DNA of 32,000 nt from Halomicronema hongdechloris C2206 (GTDB lineage: Bacteria; Cyanobacteriota; Cyanobacteriia; Phormidesmidales; Phormidesmidaceae): assembly GCF_002075285.3 (NCBI RefSeq), contig NZ_CP021983.2, forward strand, positions 1,230,001 through 1,262,000, read 5' to 3'. How positions within the stretch are numbered: the first letter of the stretch is position 1; each line of letters begins with the position of its first letter. Below the pieces are notes generated by a model. That model searched no databases. It was not told the origin of the DNA and was given only the letters and a program-made list of their open reading frames with translations. Of this stretch, positions 24,181 to 32,000 are shown one piece after another. The position numbers were made by a program, and so were the translations under genes.

Positions 24181-25365
24181 TCAAGCTCGAGAGGACGCAA
24201 AGCGAATCTTGAGGTAATCATCCTCCAGCTTAGCTCCGGCAGGTTGCAGGGCCGCCAGGGCCTGGGGCAACACTAGATTACGGCGGTGGTTGCCGATGCG
24301 AATATTCAGTTCATCGGAGGCCTTACTCAACTCCACCCTATCCTTGGGAATACCTGGTAGATAAATCTCCAGGCTGTAGGTATCCTCATCCTGGATTACC
24401 CGAATGGTGGTCTCCTTGTAATACACCTGGGTGGGGTCTTCCTGGTCATAGAGAGTGTCTTTCAGCCGAGCTAAGGCCTCTAGGCCACACATTTCCTCTG
24501 AAAACAGCGGCACTTCTTTCACCGGCAAGGGCCGAAAGTTCTCATGAATCTCGTGACGATATTGCTGCTGCTGATCCTTCCAGCGTTGGAAAAACGGGTC
24601 CTGCACGCTCTCAGGAATGATGCGATTGGCAATCACCAGATCCGTGCCCACGTTATAAAGACTGAGATAAGCATGGGCCCGCAACGACTCCTTAATCACC
24701 ATCTTCTCCGGATTGGTCACCAGCCGCACGGAGGTGGTGGCGGTATCCGTTAACACCTTCTCCAGGTCCTCTAACTGATGATAAAACTCGTAGGGAGCAT
24801 CCATGACTTCCTGGGTGGGCAGCGAAAACCCTGCCACCGGCCGAAACAACGGTTCCACAATCGGCCGCAGGGCCGCAGACACGGCCTGAAAGGGCTTGTA
24901 TAGCCGCCGCATGTACCAGCCCGCCACCTCCGGCAGACTCAGCAACCGTAGGGCCGTTCCCGTGGGGGCCGAGTCGATGATCAGCACCTCAAACTCCCCC
25001 TCGTCGTAGTGGCGCTTCATCCGCACCAGACTGAAGATTTCATCCATGCCCGGCAGAATCGCCAACTCTTCCGCTTCTACCCCTTCTAAGCCCCGGGCCT
25101 GCAGCACCTCAGTGATGTAGCGCTTCACCGAGCCCCAATTCCCCTCTAGCTCCATCAGGGCATCCAATTCTGCCCCCCAGAGGTTAGGCCGCACCTGCCG
25201 GGGCGTATGCTCCAACTCCTGATCGAAGCTATCCGCCAGAGAGTGGGCTGGATCCGTGCTCAATACCAGGGTCTTATAACCGAGTTCGGCGCAGCGTAGG
25301 CCGGTAGCCGCCGCCACCGAGGTCTTGCCGACACCACCTTTGCCGGTCATCAATAATACACGCAT
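24181..25365 (-). CDS. ArsA/GET3-family ATPase with a C-terminal HSP20-like domain
   Basis: [20 protein letters not shown] (deviant Walker A) and [13 protein letters not shown] are present. The C-terminal alpha-crystallin-like segment is [38 protein letters not shown] ... DYLKIRF. Confidence 0.9.
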   Translation of the reverse strand: MRVLLMTGKGGVGKTSVAAATGLRCAELGYKTLVLSTDPAHSLADSFDQELEHTPRQVRPNLWGAELDALMELEGNWGSVKRYITEVLQARGLEGVEAEELAILPGMDEIFSLVRMKRHYDEGEFEVLIIDSAPTGTALRLLSLPEVAGWYMRRLYKPFQAVSAALRPIVEPLFRPVAGFSLPTQEVMDAPYEFYHQLEDLEKVLTDTATTSVRLVTNPEKMVIKESLRAHAYLSLYNVGTDLVIANRIIPESVQDPFFQRWKDQQQQYRHEIHENFRPLPVKEVPLFSEEMCGLEALARLKDTLYDQEDPTQVYYKETTIRVIQDEDTYSLEIYLPGIPKDRVELSKASDELNIRIGNHRRNLVLPQALAALQPAGAKLEDDYLKIRFASSRA

Positions 25366-25508
25366 GCAGATCCAGGTCCCGCTTTAGAAACGTTACATTC
25401 TTTTACTCTATCGGGTTTATTCCAGAGCCGCCAAAAATTAATCCGATAGCCCAGGATTGCGCTAGCTGGTTTAGGGCGTTTACGATGGCGGGAAAATGGG
25501 AATATTCC

Positions 25509-27101
25509 ATGAATATTTTGCTGATCTATCCGCAGTTTCCAAAAAGCTTTTGGTCTTTTGAGAAAACCCTGGAACTTGCCAACTTTAAAGCCCAACTTCC
25601 CCCTCTAGGTATGGTTACAGTGGCGGCCATCTTGCCACAGACCTGGAATTACCGATTAGTCGATCGCAACCTACGGGATGTCACCGAGGCCGAATGGGCC
25701 TGGGCCGATCTGGTTTTGATCTCCGCCATGATTGTGCAGCGCCCAGATTTCATAGCTCAGATTCAAGCCGCCAAAGCCCGAGGCAAGCTGGTAGCCGTGG
25801 GCGGTCCCTACCCTACAGCCCTGCCTGACGAAGCCACTGGAGCCGACTTTTTAATCCTGGATGAAGGTGAAATTACCCTGCCCCTGTTTGTGGAGGCGAT
25901 TGGGCGCGGCGAGACTAGCGGCATTTTTCGCGCTAACGGCGAGAAACCGGCTGTAACCACCACTCCCATTCCCCGCTATGACCTCTTAGACCTGGACGCC
26001 TACGCCGAAATGTCGGTGCAATTCTCCCGGGGCTGTCCATTTCAGTGCGAATTCTGCGACATCATCGTGCTCTATGGCCGCAAGCCCCGCACCAAGGACC
26101 CAGAACAACTGCTAGCTGAGTTGCAATATCTCTACGATTTGGGCTGGCGCCGGAGCATCTTCATGGTAGATGACAACTTCATCGGCAATAAGCGCAATGT
26201 CAAACGGTTGTTGACAGCCCTGAAGCCCTGGATGGAGGCCCATAACCATCCCTTCTCCTTTGCCACTGAGGCCTCGGTGGATCTGGCCCAAGACAAGGAA
26301 CTGATGCAGTTGATGGTGGACTGCAACTTCGGCAGTGTCTTTTTGGGCATCGAAACTCCCGACGACAGTAGTCTCACCCTGACCCAGAAGTATCAAAATA
26401 CCCGCAGTCCCCTGGCCGACTCGGTGCAGACCATTATCAAGGCGGGATTGCGGGTGATGGCAGGCTTCATTATCGGCTTCGACGGCGAACAATCCGGGGC
26501 CGGGCAGCGCATCGTTGACTTTGTGGAACAGACCACCATTCCCACGGCCATGTTCGGGATTCTGCAGGCCCTGCCGGATACGGCTCTATGGCATCGACTA
26601 GCCAAAGAAGGTCGGTTACTAGACCGCCACTATGACTCCAACCAGACCTCGCTGATGAACTTTATCCCCACCCGTCCCATGGAAGACATCGTGGCGGAAT
26701 ATCTCCATGCCTTCTGGACCCTCTACGATCCCCTGGTGATGTTGAATCGCACCTATCGCCATTTTCTGATACTGGGAGCCGGGCGGCGACAGCATTATCG
26801 CGGCCGCACCAAATCCGCCGGTACCCCTGGGCTGAACTGGACGATTCTACGGGCCATGGGGATTCTCTGCTGGCGTCAGGGAGTAGTACGCAAGACCCGG
26901 CTACGATTCTGGTTGCATCTGATCAGCCTGCTGCGGCAGTATCCAGAGGTGGTGCTGAACTATCTGGTGGTCTGCGCTCAGGCAGAGCACTTCATCGACT
27001 TTCGGCAGACGGTGCGGCAGCAGATCACCGAGCAGCTGGCGGTGGCTCAGAGTCAGCTGCAGGAGACCACAACCCCAATGCCAGCACCTCAGACGGCTTA
27101 G
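25509..27101 (+). CDS. B12-binding-domain radical SAM protein (DUF4070-type C-terminus)
   Basis: The N-terminus MNILLIYPQFPKSFWSF is typical of this class, and the N-terminal fold is B12-binding-like. The radical SAM cluster motif is GCPFQCEFCD. The long helical C-terminal extension resembles DUF4070. Confidence 0.9.
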   Translation: MNILLIYPQFPKSFWSFEKTLELANFKAQLPPLGMVTVAAILPQTWNYRLVDRNLRDVTEAEWAWADLVLISAMIVQRPDFIAQIQAAKARGKLVAVGGPYPTALPDEATGADFLILDEGEITLPLFVEAIGRGETSGIFRANGEKPAVTTTPIPRYDLLDLDAYAEMSVQFSRGCPFQCEFCDIIVLYGRKPRTKDPEQLLAELQYLYDLGWRRSIFMVDDNFIGNKRNVKRLLTALKPWMEAHNHPFSFATEASVDLAQDKELMQLMVDCNFGSVFLGIETPDDSSLTLTQKYQNTRSPLADSVQTIIKAGLRVMAGFIIGFDGEQSGAGQRIVDFVEQTTIPTAMFGILQALPDTALWHRLAKEGRLLDRHYDSNQTSLMNFIPTRPMEDIVAEYLHAFWTLYDPLVMLNRTYRHFLILGAGRRQHYRGRTKSAGTPGLNWTILRAMGILCWRQGVVRKTRLRFWLHLISLLRQYPEVVLNYLVVCAQAEHFIDFRQTVRQQITEQLAVAQSQLQETTTPMPAPQTA

Positions 27102-27115
27102 GGAAGGCGGGGAGG

Positions 27116-27162
27116 TGGGGTGAGGGGGTGAGGGGGTGAGGTGAAGAGTGAAGAGTGAAGAG
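27116..27162. repeat. Short tandem repeats: GGGGGTGA-type units x3 followed by TGAAGAG x3
   Basis: Read directly, starting right after the radical SAM stop codon. The TGAAGAG heptamers are at 27142-27148, 27149-27155 and 27156-27162. This resembles cyanobacterial STRR-type heptamer repeats. Confidence 0.85.
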
Positions 27163-27457
27163 CTTGCCCTGAGCGCAGTCGAAGGGTAAAGCGTGAAGAG
27201 GGGACAGGGAATAAGGGGGAAAGGTCCCTCGCGTCCTTGCCGATGCGACGCGATCTATTGCGCCTAACCGATAAGCCCTTCCGCAGGTCCAGGGCAGTAG
27301 TTCGACTGCGTTGCTCCTGCGGAGCCGCTTTGCGAACACTACAAGCGGTTTGCCCTGGTCGTAGGGGTCCGGGGGAAACGAAATTCCCCCGGGTGAGTAC
27401 CCCGAGCTACGCAATGAAGCGTGGTCTTACAGATATCTACTGCCTCTGCCCACTACC

Positions 27458-27495
27458 TTGACGCTTAGATCTATTTCGATATAATTCTAATTAGA
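27458..27495 (+). promoter_or_regulatory. Sigma70-like promoter (TTGACG, 16-nt spacer, TATAAT) plus the 10-bp palindrome TCTAATTAGA
   Basis: The -35 element is at 27458-27463 and the -10 element at 27480-27485. The perfect palindrome at 27486-27495 overlaps the expected transcription start, 21 nt upstream of the ArsR-family ATG. Confidence 0.5.
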
Positions 27496-27515
27496 TAAGC
27501 ATTGAATTGGTCGCC

Positions 27516-28112
27516 ATGAGCCAAGCTGATTTTCAGACCCTGCTGGCCTTCTTTAAGGCCCTATCCAACGAGAGTCGTCTCAAGTTGGTGGGGCTGTTAG
27601 CCCAAAGCGATCGCAGCGTAGAAGAACTGGCGGCGCTGCTGCACCTGAAGGAGCCGACGGTCTCCCATCATCTGGCCAAGCTCAAGGCCCTGGATTTGGT
27701 GGAGATGCGATCGCAAGGGAACACCCACCTTTACCGGCTCAACCAAGAGGCTCTACACAGCTTGTCTAAGGCGGTCTTGATCTCCAACCACGCCGAGTTG
27801 GTGGCAGATCTCGACGGCGATGCCTGGGAAGAGAAGGTGCTGCGCAACTATGTCGAGGCCGGTCGCCTGCGGGAGATTCCCGCCAGTCGCAAGAAGCGCT
27901 GGGTGATCCTGAAGTGGTTGGTGCAACAGTTCGAGTGCGATCGCACCTACTCCGAAGTCGAACTCAACCAACACCTGAAACAGTTTCACCCCGACGTCGC
28001 TACCCTGCGGCGAGAATTCATCGGCTACCAGATGATGCAGCGGCAGCAGGGGAACTACTGGCGCCTGCCAGAGGCCCAATGGCGCCGCGAACCCAACCAA
28101 CAGGTTAGTTAA
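27516..28112 (+). CDS. ArsR-family HTH regulator fused to a DUF2087-like C-terminal domain
   Basis: The ArsR wHTH is LSNESRLKLVGLLAQSDRSVEELAALLHLKEPTVSHHLAKLKALDLVEMRSQGNTHLYRLN. The C-terminal half (IPASRKKRWVILKWLVQQFECDRTYSEVELNQHLKQFHPDVATLRREFIGYQMM) matches the DUF2087 pattern. The longest ORF starts with TTG at 27507. Confidence 0.85.
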   Translation: MSQADFQTLLAFFKALSNESRLKLVGLLAQSDRSVEELAALLHLKEPTVSHHLAKLKALDLVEMRSQGNTHLYRLNQEALHSLSKAVLISNHAELVADLDGDAWEEKVLRNYVEAGRLREIPASRKKRWVILKWLVQQFECDRTYSEVELNQHLKQFHPDVATLRREFIGYQMMQRQQGNYWRLPEAQWRREPNQQVS

Positions 28113-28115
28113 TCG

Positions 28116-29393
28116 TTAGTCTCGGCGCCGAGCCGCCGCCTGGAAGGTGGCGCAGTACTGCTGATAGCCCCCGGGAAAGACCACATTCAGGGTCAGGGGG
28201 TCTTCGCTGTCGCGGGGGTCACCGGGGCCTGCTACGACTTGCAGGTGTCCCGCAACGGTTTCTATCTGCAGGGCCTTACGGTTTTTGAGTTCACCGCCGC
28301 TGCTGTCCACGTAGGTGACGACGTTACCGTTGTCGTAGAGGCGGCCAATATCCTGAATCAGTTGCAGGAAGTTGCGATCGCTCCCCCCCCGTTTGGCCAC
28401 GGGCCGACCATCCACCTCAAACACCTGACTGGTGACCGTGTCGCCCACCCCCACCAGCGTCGGCATCTGAGCCGGGTCAAAGGCGTCCCTGACCAGGGCC
28501 ACCAGCTCCTCATGGTCATGGGGCGCCTGGCGCACGCTGAACTCTGGTCCCAGGGGGTAGGTCCCAGTGCGCTGGGCATAGTAACGATTCAACAGGGCCA
28601 GCACCCCCGCTTCTTTAATCGCTCCCCGCAGCATGAACTGAAAGTCGGTGGTGCCCGATTCAGGCCCCTGGCTAAACCAGACGGTTTCCTTGCCGTCGTT
28701 GCCCCGGCCATGGTTAGGGGCATAGTGGACGAAGAAGGAATCGGCCAGCCCCTGGGCTGCGGCCGCTGCCAGCAAGTCTTCCATTAATGCTGCCATGGCG
28801 TGTTGCAAGGCGTTGTAGGTGGCTGGATCATCCTGGAGTAGCTCATGGAAGGTGTTCAGGTTGGCCGTGGGCGAGGCCACGTTCTCTAAGGCCGAGGCGG
28901 CAATGCCCGGCTCTAGGGTGGCATCGTCAAGGTTGGTGGGGTGATCTCGGAAAAAGGCCCGCAGCCGCTGCCGAATCTGCTCTGGAACCGATCGCAAAAA
29001 CGCCAACTCAGCCTCACTGACCCCGGGATGGGCTAACTCACCCTGGCGAGTCTGCCACTGCACCCCGCCTGCTGCTAAGCCCGGCAGATAGAGCCCCCGT
29101 TGCCGCACCTGGGCAGCATCCCCATAGGCCCGCTCGATGATGCCATTGACGCCGCGTTGGCCGATGTGTTCGCCGTTGGTGAGCACATAGAAATGGCCAT
29201 CGAAGGCCTGGGTGGCCTCCACATAGGCGGGTTGGATGGTGCGATGGCGGGGATCCTTCACCAAGCCCATGCAGACACCATCTAAATCCTGGATAATTAA
29301 TAGGTTTTCCGTGGTGGCCAATAACTCCTCAAAGCGATCGTGATCCAAAGAGTAGGTCTGCTGGTGGAGCGGTTGGGAAGAGGCTATGGCCAT
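28116..29393 (-). CDS. stpA: Probable glucosylglycerol-3-phosphatase (StpA-like, HAD-type DxD)
   Basis: 425 aa. The N-terminal region SLDHDRFEELLATTENLLIIQDLDGVCMGLV ... HFYVLTNGEH, together with the size, matches my recollection of Synechocystis StpA. The assignment is from memory only. Confidence 0.55.
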   Translation of the reverse strand: MAIASSQPLHQQTYSLDHDRFEELLATTENLLIIQDLDGVCMGLVKDPRHRTIQPAYVEATQAFDGHFYVLTNGEHIGQRGVNGIIERAYGDAAQVRQRGLYLPGLAAGGVQWQTRQGELAHPGVSEAELAFLRSVPEQIRQRLRAFFRDHPTNLDDATLEPGIAASALENVASPTANLNTFHELLQDDPATYNALQHAMAALMEDLLAAAAAQGLADSFFVHYAPNHGRGNDGKETVWFSQGPESGTTDFQFMLRGAIKEAGVLALLNRYYAQRTGTYPLGPEFSVRQAPHDHEELVALVRDAFDPAQMPTLVGVGDTVTSQVFEVDGRPVAKRGGSDRNFLQLIQDIGRLYDNGNVVTYVDSSGGELKNRKALQIETVAGHLQVVAGPGDPRDSEDPLTLNVVFPGGYQQYCATFQAAARRRD

Positions 29394-29430
29394 GGCTAGT
29401 CGCTGGAATGCATCGACGCGATTTACCCCT

Positions 29431-29658
29431 TCACCCTACCAGGGTCTTCTGATGCTGCAACCCCTGGTCTGCCACGGCTGTTGCCACCAGTGATCTGAAC
29501 TCGTTGTCGTCACGTTCTTGCCAGTTTGGCTGCCAGTGCAACTCATCGAGCTCAATGTGCTTCAGCCCCAATCTGGTCGACAACCTCCTGGCCAGGGTGG
29601 ACTTGCCACTGCAACTCGATCCAATCGCTACGATGCGTTTCAGAGAAGATACAACCAT
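29431..29658 (-). pseudogene. Truncated P-loop kinase / AAA-type ATPase (adenylate-kinase-like) remnant
   Basis: MVVSSLKRIVAIGSSCSGKSTLARRLSTRLGLKHIELDELHWQPNWQERDDNEFRSLVATAV is the N-terminal third of proteins that are normally 170-190 aa. The ORF stops shortly after, and only 37 nt remain before the next gene. Confidence 0.5.
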
Positions 29659-29834
29659 CGGTAGACTATTACCCTCCTCATCCCCGTTAAGAAATCCAAA
29701 CAGGTGGGGAATTCCCGCCGTCACCGTCGTCTTGATCATATTTTCCTGATGTAAACTGTATATAGAGCTACAGTTTGAGGAATAAATCTCTGCTGTACCT
29801 GCCACTAACGTGTTCTATTGCGGAGATATCAACT

Positions 29835-30020
29835 ATGCAACTGTCCTATCGCGGTGCCCACTACGAAGCAACGATTCCTAACCTGGAAGCCGACAACATC
29901 GAGGAAATCGGGCGCTATCGTGGTGCCACGATGACGCGTAAGCACTTCAAGGTCGCTCAGCCCCACCATGGCCGGGTTGAATTGACCTACCGCGGCGTTA
30001 AGTACAGCCACGAGGTTTGA
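29835..30020 (+). CDS. DUF4278 domain protein
   Basis: It has the MQLSYRGAHYE start and the C-terminal ELTYRGVKYS repeat typical of this small cyanobacterial family. Confidence 0.8.
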   Translation: MQLSYRGAHYEATIPNLEADNIEEIGRYRGATMTRKHFKVAQPHHGRVELTYRGVKYSHEV

Positions 30021-30115
30021 GCTTCGCGGTGGTTGGCTAGCTGAGCCCTAACCCTGGAAGTAGAGCCTGAGTAGGCAGGACTATGGCACACGCCCATGTC
30101 CTAAGATATGAGATT

Positions 30116-30141
30116 ATGCGATCGCAACTGTGCGATCGCAT
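30116..30141. terminator. Perfect 11-bp-stem hairpin built from two HIP1 octamers, between convergent genes
   Basis: ATGCGATCGCA-actg-TGCGATCGCAT, followed by TTT on the + strand. It lies between the DUF4278 gene (+) and the Nudix gene (-). Confidence 0.4.
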
Positions 30142-30172
30142 TTGACTATGTCCATCGATTGCTCAGGTGACC

Positions 30173-30742
30173 TCAAGTTTCCGCCGGGGCTAGGGCGTCT
30201 AGGTAAGGGCGCACCATAAACAGACTGGCGATGGACTTGGCATCAACGGCCTCTCCCGATAGGATTGCCTTCGTCAAGGCTTCCGGGGTCATCAAGATCA
30301 CCTCGATGTCCTCATCGATATCGGTCTGGGGACCGTCGTCTAGGTGTTCTAGATCCGTGGCCAGAAAGGCATAAATAATCTCATCGGAATAGCCCGGGGC
30401 CAGGGGAAAATTGCCAATGGGTTGCCAGGTATGGGCCCGATAGCCGGTTTCCTCTTCTAGCTCGCGCTGAATCGTGGTGGCCGGGTGTTCATCGGGTTCC
30501 ACCGTACCGGCGGGAAACTCCAACAGTCGCCCCTGCAGGGCGAAGCGGTACTGGCGTACCAGCACCAACTCGCCGCTGGGCGTCACGGGAACCGCCAGGG
30601 CTCCCCCGGGATGACGAATACATTCCCAATCCCCTTCGGCCTTATTGGGCAAGCGCAGCCGATTGACTTCGAAGTTAAATTTACGACCCTCATAGAACAG
30701 GCGTTGTTTTAGCAGTTGGGGCGGTTCTTGGTGGATCGGCAT
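30173..30742 (-). CDS. NUDIX hydrolase (ADP-ribose pyrophosphatase-like)
   Basis: The Nudix box is GTVEPDEHPATTIQRELEEETGY. I prefer the ATG at 30742 (MPIHQEPP); the longest ORF starts with GTG at 30802. Confidence 0.85.
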   Translation of the reverse strand: MPIHQEPPQLLKQRLFYEGRKFNFEVNRLRLPNKAEGDWECIRHPGGALAVPVTPSGELVLVRQYRFALQGRLLEFPAGTVEPDEHPATTIQRELEEETGYRAHTWQPIGNFPLAPGYSDEIIYAFLATDLEHLDDGPQTDIDEDIEVILMTPEALTKAILSGEAVDAKSIASLFMVRPYLDALAPAET

Positions 30743-30961
30743 AGAGACCGGTTTGCGAAAAACAGTAGATAAAGTGGCGGCGGATGATTCCTGGGCCCCC
30801 ACCTGGCAGTACTCCCCTCATCGGTTACTAACGGCAATGCCCAGTAAGTGGGTATCCAGTCGGCCTATCGCCGCAAGAGGAGCTCAGTGGTGGGGCCTGG
30901 CAGGGGTTGTCAGTATTTAACCCTAATACTGCGAAGGTTAGCCAGATGGCAGGCAGGCGAT

Positions 30962-31462
30962 CTAGGGGGAGGCGGCCAGAGTCAGTGGCCATACGTCTTG
31001 GGCACCAACCTGCTGGGCCAGGTCTTGAATGGTCTGACCAGAGCGGGGATCGACCCAATCGGCGGCGATCTCAGCCAGGGGCACCAGCACGAAGGCGCGT
31101 TCGTGCATGCGGGGATGGGGAATCTGCAGTGACGGCGTCTGCAGGACGATGTCATCCCAGAGTAAGAGATCGAGATCCAACTGTCGCGGTCCCCAACGCT
31201 CTCGCCGGATGCGGCCAAATCGACGCTCGATAGTGAGGAGCTGCTGTAGCAGTACCTCCGGCGTTAGCCGCGTCGTCACCAGGGCACAGCCGTTGAGGTA
31301 GTCTGGTTGGGGCGGGCCGACAGGTTTGGTGCGATACAGCCGGGACTGTCGAGCTAGCTCGGTCTGGGGCAGGGCATTTAGTGCCGCTAGGGCTCCCTGC
31401 AGAATAGCCACGGAGTCACCTAGGTTACTGCCGAGTGCGATCGCACAGGAAACAGATTCCAT
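30962..31462 (-). CDS. folK: 2-amino-4-hydroxy-6-hydroxymethyldihydropteridine diphosphokinase (HPPK)
   Basis: Motifs present are AIALGSNLGDS, SRLYRTKPVGPPQPDYLN, RWGPRQLDLDLLLWDD, and LQIPHPRMHERAFVLVPLAEI. Confidence 0.9.
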   Translation of the reverse strand: MESVSCAIALGSNLGDSVAILQGALAALNALPQTELARQSRLYRTKPVGPPQPDYLNGCALVTTRLTPEVLLQQLLTIERRFGRIRRERWGPRQLDLDLLLWDDIVLQTPSLQIPHPRMHERAFVLVPLAEIAADWVDPRSGQTIQDLAQQVGAQDVWPLTLAASP

Positions 31463-31550
31463 AGATTCCTAGATTAAGGAACATGACTTACCATGCTAAC
31501 GCCAGTCGTAGCAGCCCCACGAGTGGCCCTGATCAATTTCGTCAGGGGAT

Positions 31551-31868
31551 CTAGAGATGGGGCTGGAGTCGCTCGATCAGTTGATTGGCGGCCAGCACTC
31601 CTTCAATCCGATCGACAGGCTGCCCCTGCTTAAAGAGCACCAGGGTCGGCAGGGCTTCGATGTGATGCTGAGAGGCAATCTGGGGATAGCGGTCGGTATC
31701 GATCTTGACCACTTTTAGTTGCCCCTGCAGTTGGGCATTCACCTGCTCTAGAATCCCCGTCATCATCTGGCAGGGACCACACCAGGTGGCATAGAAATCT
31801 ACCAGCAGGGGCTGTTGGGAACCGGCTAGCAGCTCAGCGAAGGATTGGAATTTCTGTTTAGTGACCAT
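31551..31868 (-). CDS. trxA: Thioredoxin
   Basis: 105 aa with the WCGPCQ active site, plus LLVDFYATWCGPCQMM and ALPTLVLFKQGQPV. Confidence 0.9.
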   Translation of the reverse strand: MVTKQKFQSFAELLAGSQQPLLVDFYATWCGPCQMMTGILEQVNAQLQGQLKVVKIDTDRYPQIASQHHIEALPTLVLFKQGQPVDRIEGVLAANQLIERLQPHL

Positions 31869-32000
31869 GGCAGCGGGGTCTGATAGAGTCTAGGCCAATA
31901 CAATATGTTTCGATCCTAGACCAACAGCACTTTAAACTAGCCGCTGATCCGAATTCCTTAAGGCAATAGGGCTTCCTGACCATCGTCACCCAGGGGGGAT

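Noticed and set aside
25366-25508. Inverted repeat CTATCGG...CCGATAG between the ArsA-like and radical SAM genes as an operator
   Set aside because: It has only 7 bp arms separated by 28 nt and does not extend on either side, so it is within chance expectation.
25509-27101. Assigning the B12-radical SAM protein as the hopanoid 2-methylase HpnP
   Set aside because: HpnP shares this general architecture, but so do many unrelated class B radical SAM enzymes. No shc or hpn genes are nearby, and I cannot discriminate the subfamily by eye.
27025-27414. 129-aa ORF on the minus strand
   Set aside because: It spans tandem heptamers and palindromic repeats. Its translation (PFDCAQGKL, SPHPLTPSPH) is the typical artefact of a dispersed repeat, it overlaps the 3' end of the radical SAM gene, and it shows no start context.
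28116-29393. Orphan stpA (no ggpS nearby) as an anomaly
   Set aside because: As far as I recall, stpA and ggpS are also unlinked in Synechocystis, so their separation is not unusual. The stpA call itself rests only on memory.

Overview
This is a chromosomal segment of a GC-rich cyanobacterium. The diagnostics are the kaiA-kaiB-kaiC clock cluster, CP12, and many copies of the HIP1 octamer GCGATCGC (e.g. 83-90, 10521-10528, 19094-19101, 30118-30125 and 30132-30139). I can support about 33 protein genes, one tRNA-Arg(CCG), several gene remnants and several short repeats.

- Left third (5-10354): a dense signalling neighbourhood. It holds a Cache-like membrane sensor with no output domain, a 798-aa REC-wHTH-HPt-REC-REC-degenerate-GGDEF regulator, an Apa2-like ATP adenylyltransferase, a 4xCBS-GAF protein, a TetR-controlled membrane-protein pair and a stand-alone FIST protein.
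- Middle (about 11.2-15.9 kb): the only clearly accessory, decayed stretch. It holds a Cys/Gly-rich mini-protein, about 600 bp of non-coding DNA, a truncated HTH-WYL regulator, a CcbP-family Ca-binding protein, a possible IS remnant, a DUF4058 protein and a nucleotidyltransferase remnant.
- Centre: an 845-aa histidine kinase with two degenerate receiver domains is transcribed divergently from kaiABC. A MazEF-like toxin-antitoxin pair sits between kaiC and the 3' end of tRNA-Arg.
- Right third: mostly housekeeping genes (cobO, ArsA/Get3-like ATPase, B12-radical SAM, ArsR-DUF2087, probable stpA, Nudix, folK, thioredoxin).

I did not find an intact, self-evident novel multi-gene system: no CRISPR array, reverse transcriptase, integrase or complete defence operon. 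The best candidates for new biology are:
- the kai-adjacent kinase;
- the unusual multidomain regulator together with the Ap4A-enzyme/CBS-GAF pair;
- the Cys/Gly-rich mini-protein;
- two structured non-coding regions (11439-12044 and 27102-27457).

All domain calls come from motif recognition by eye. No database search was run.
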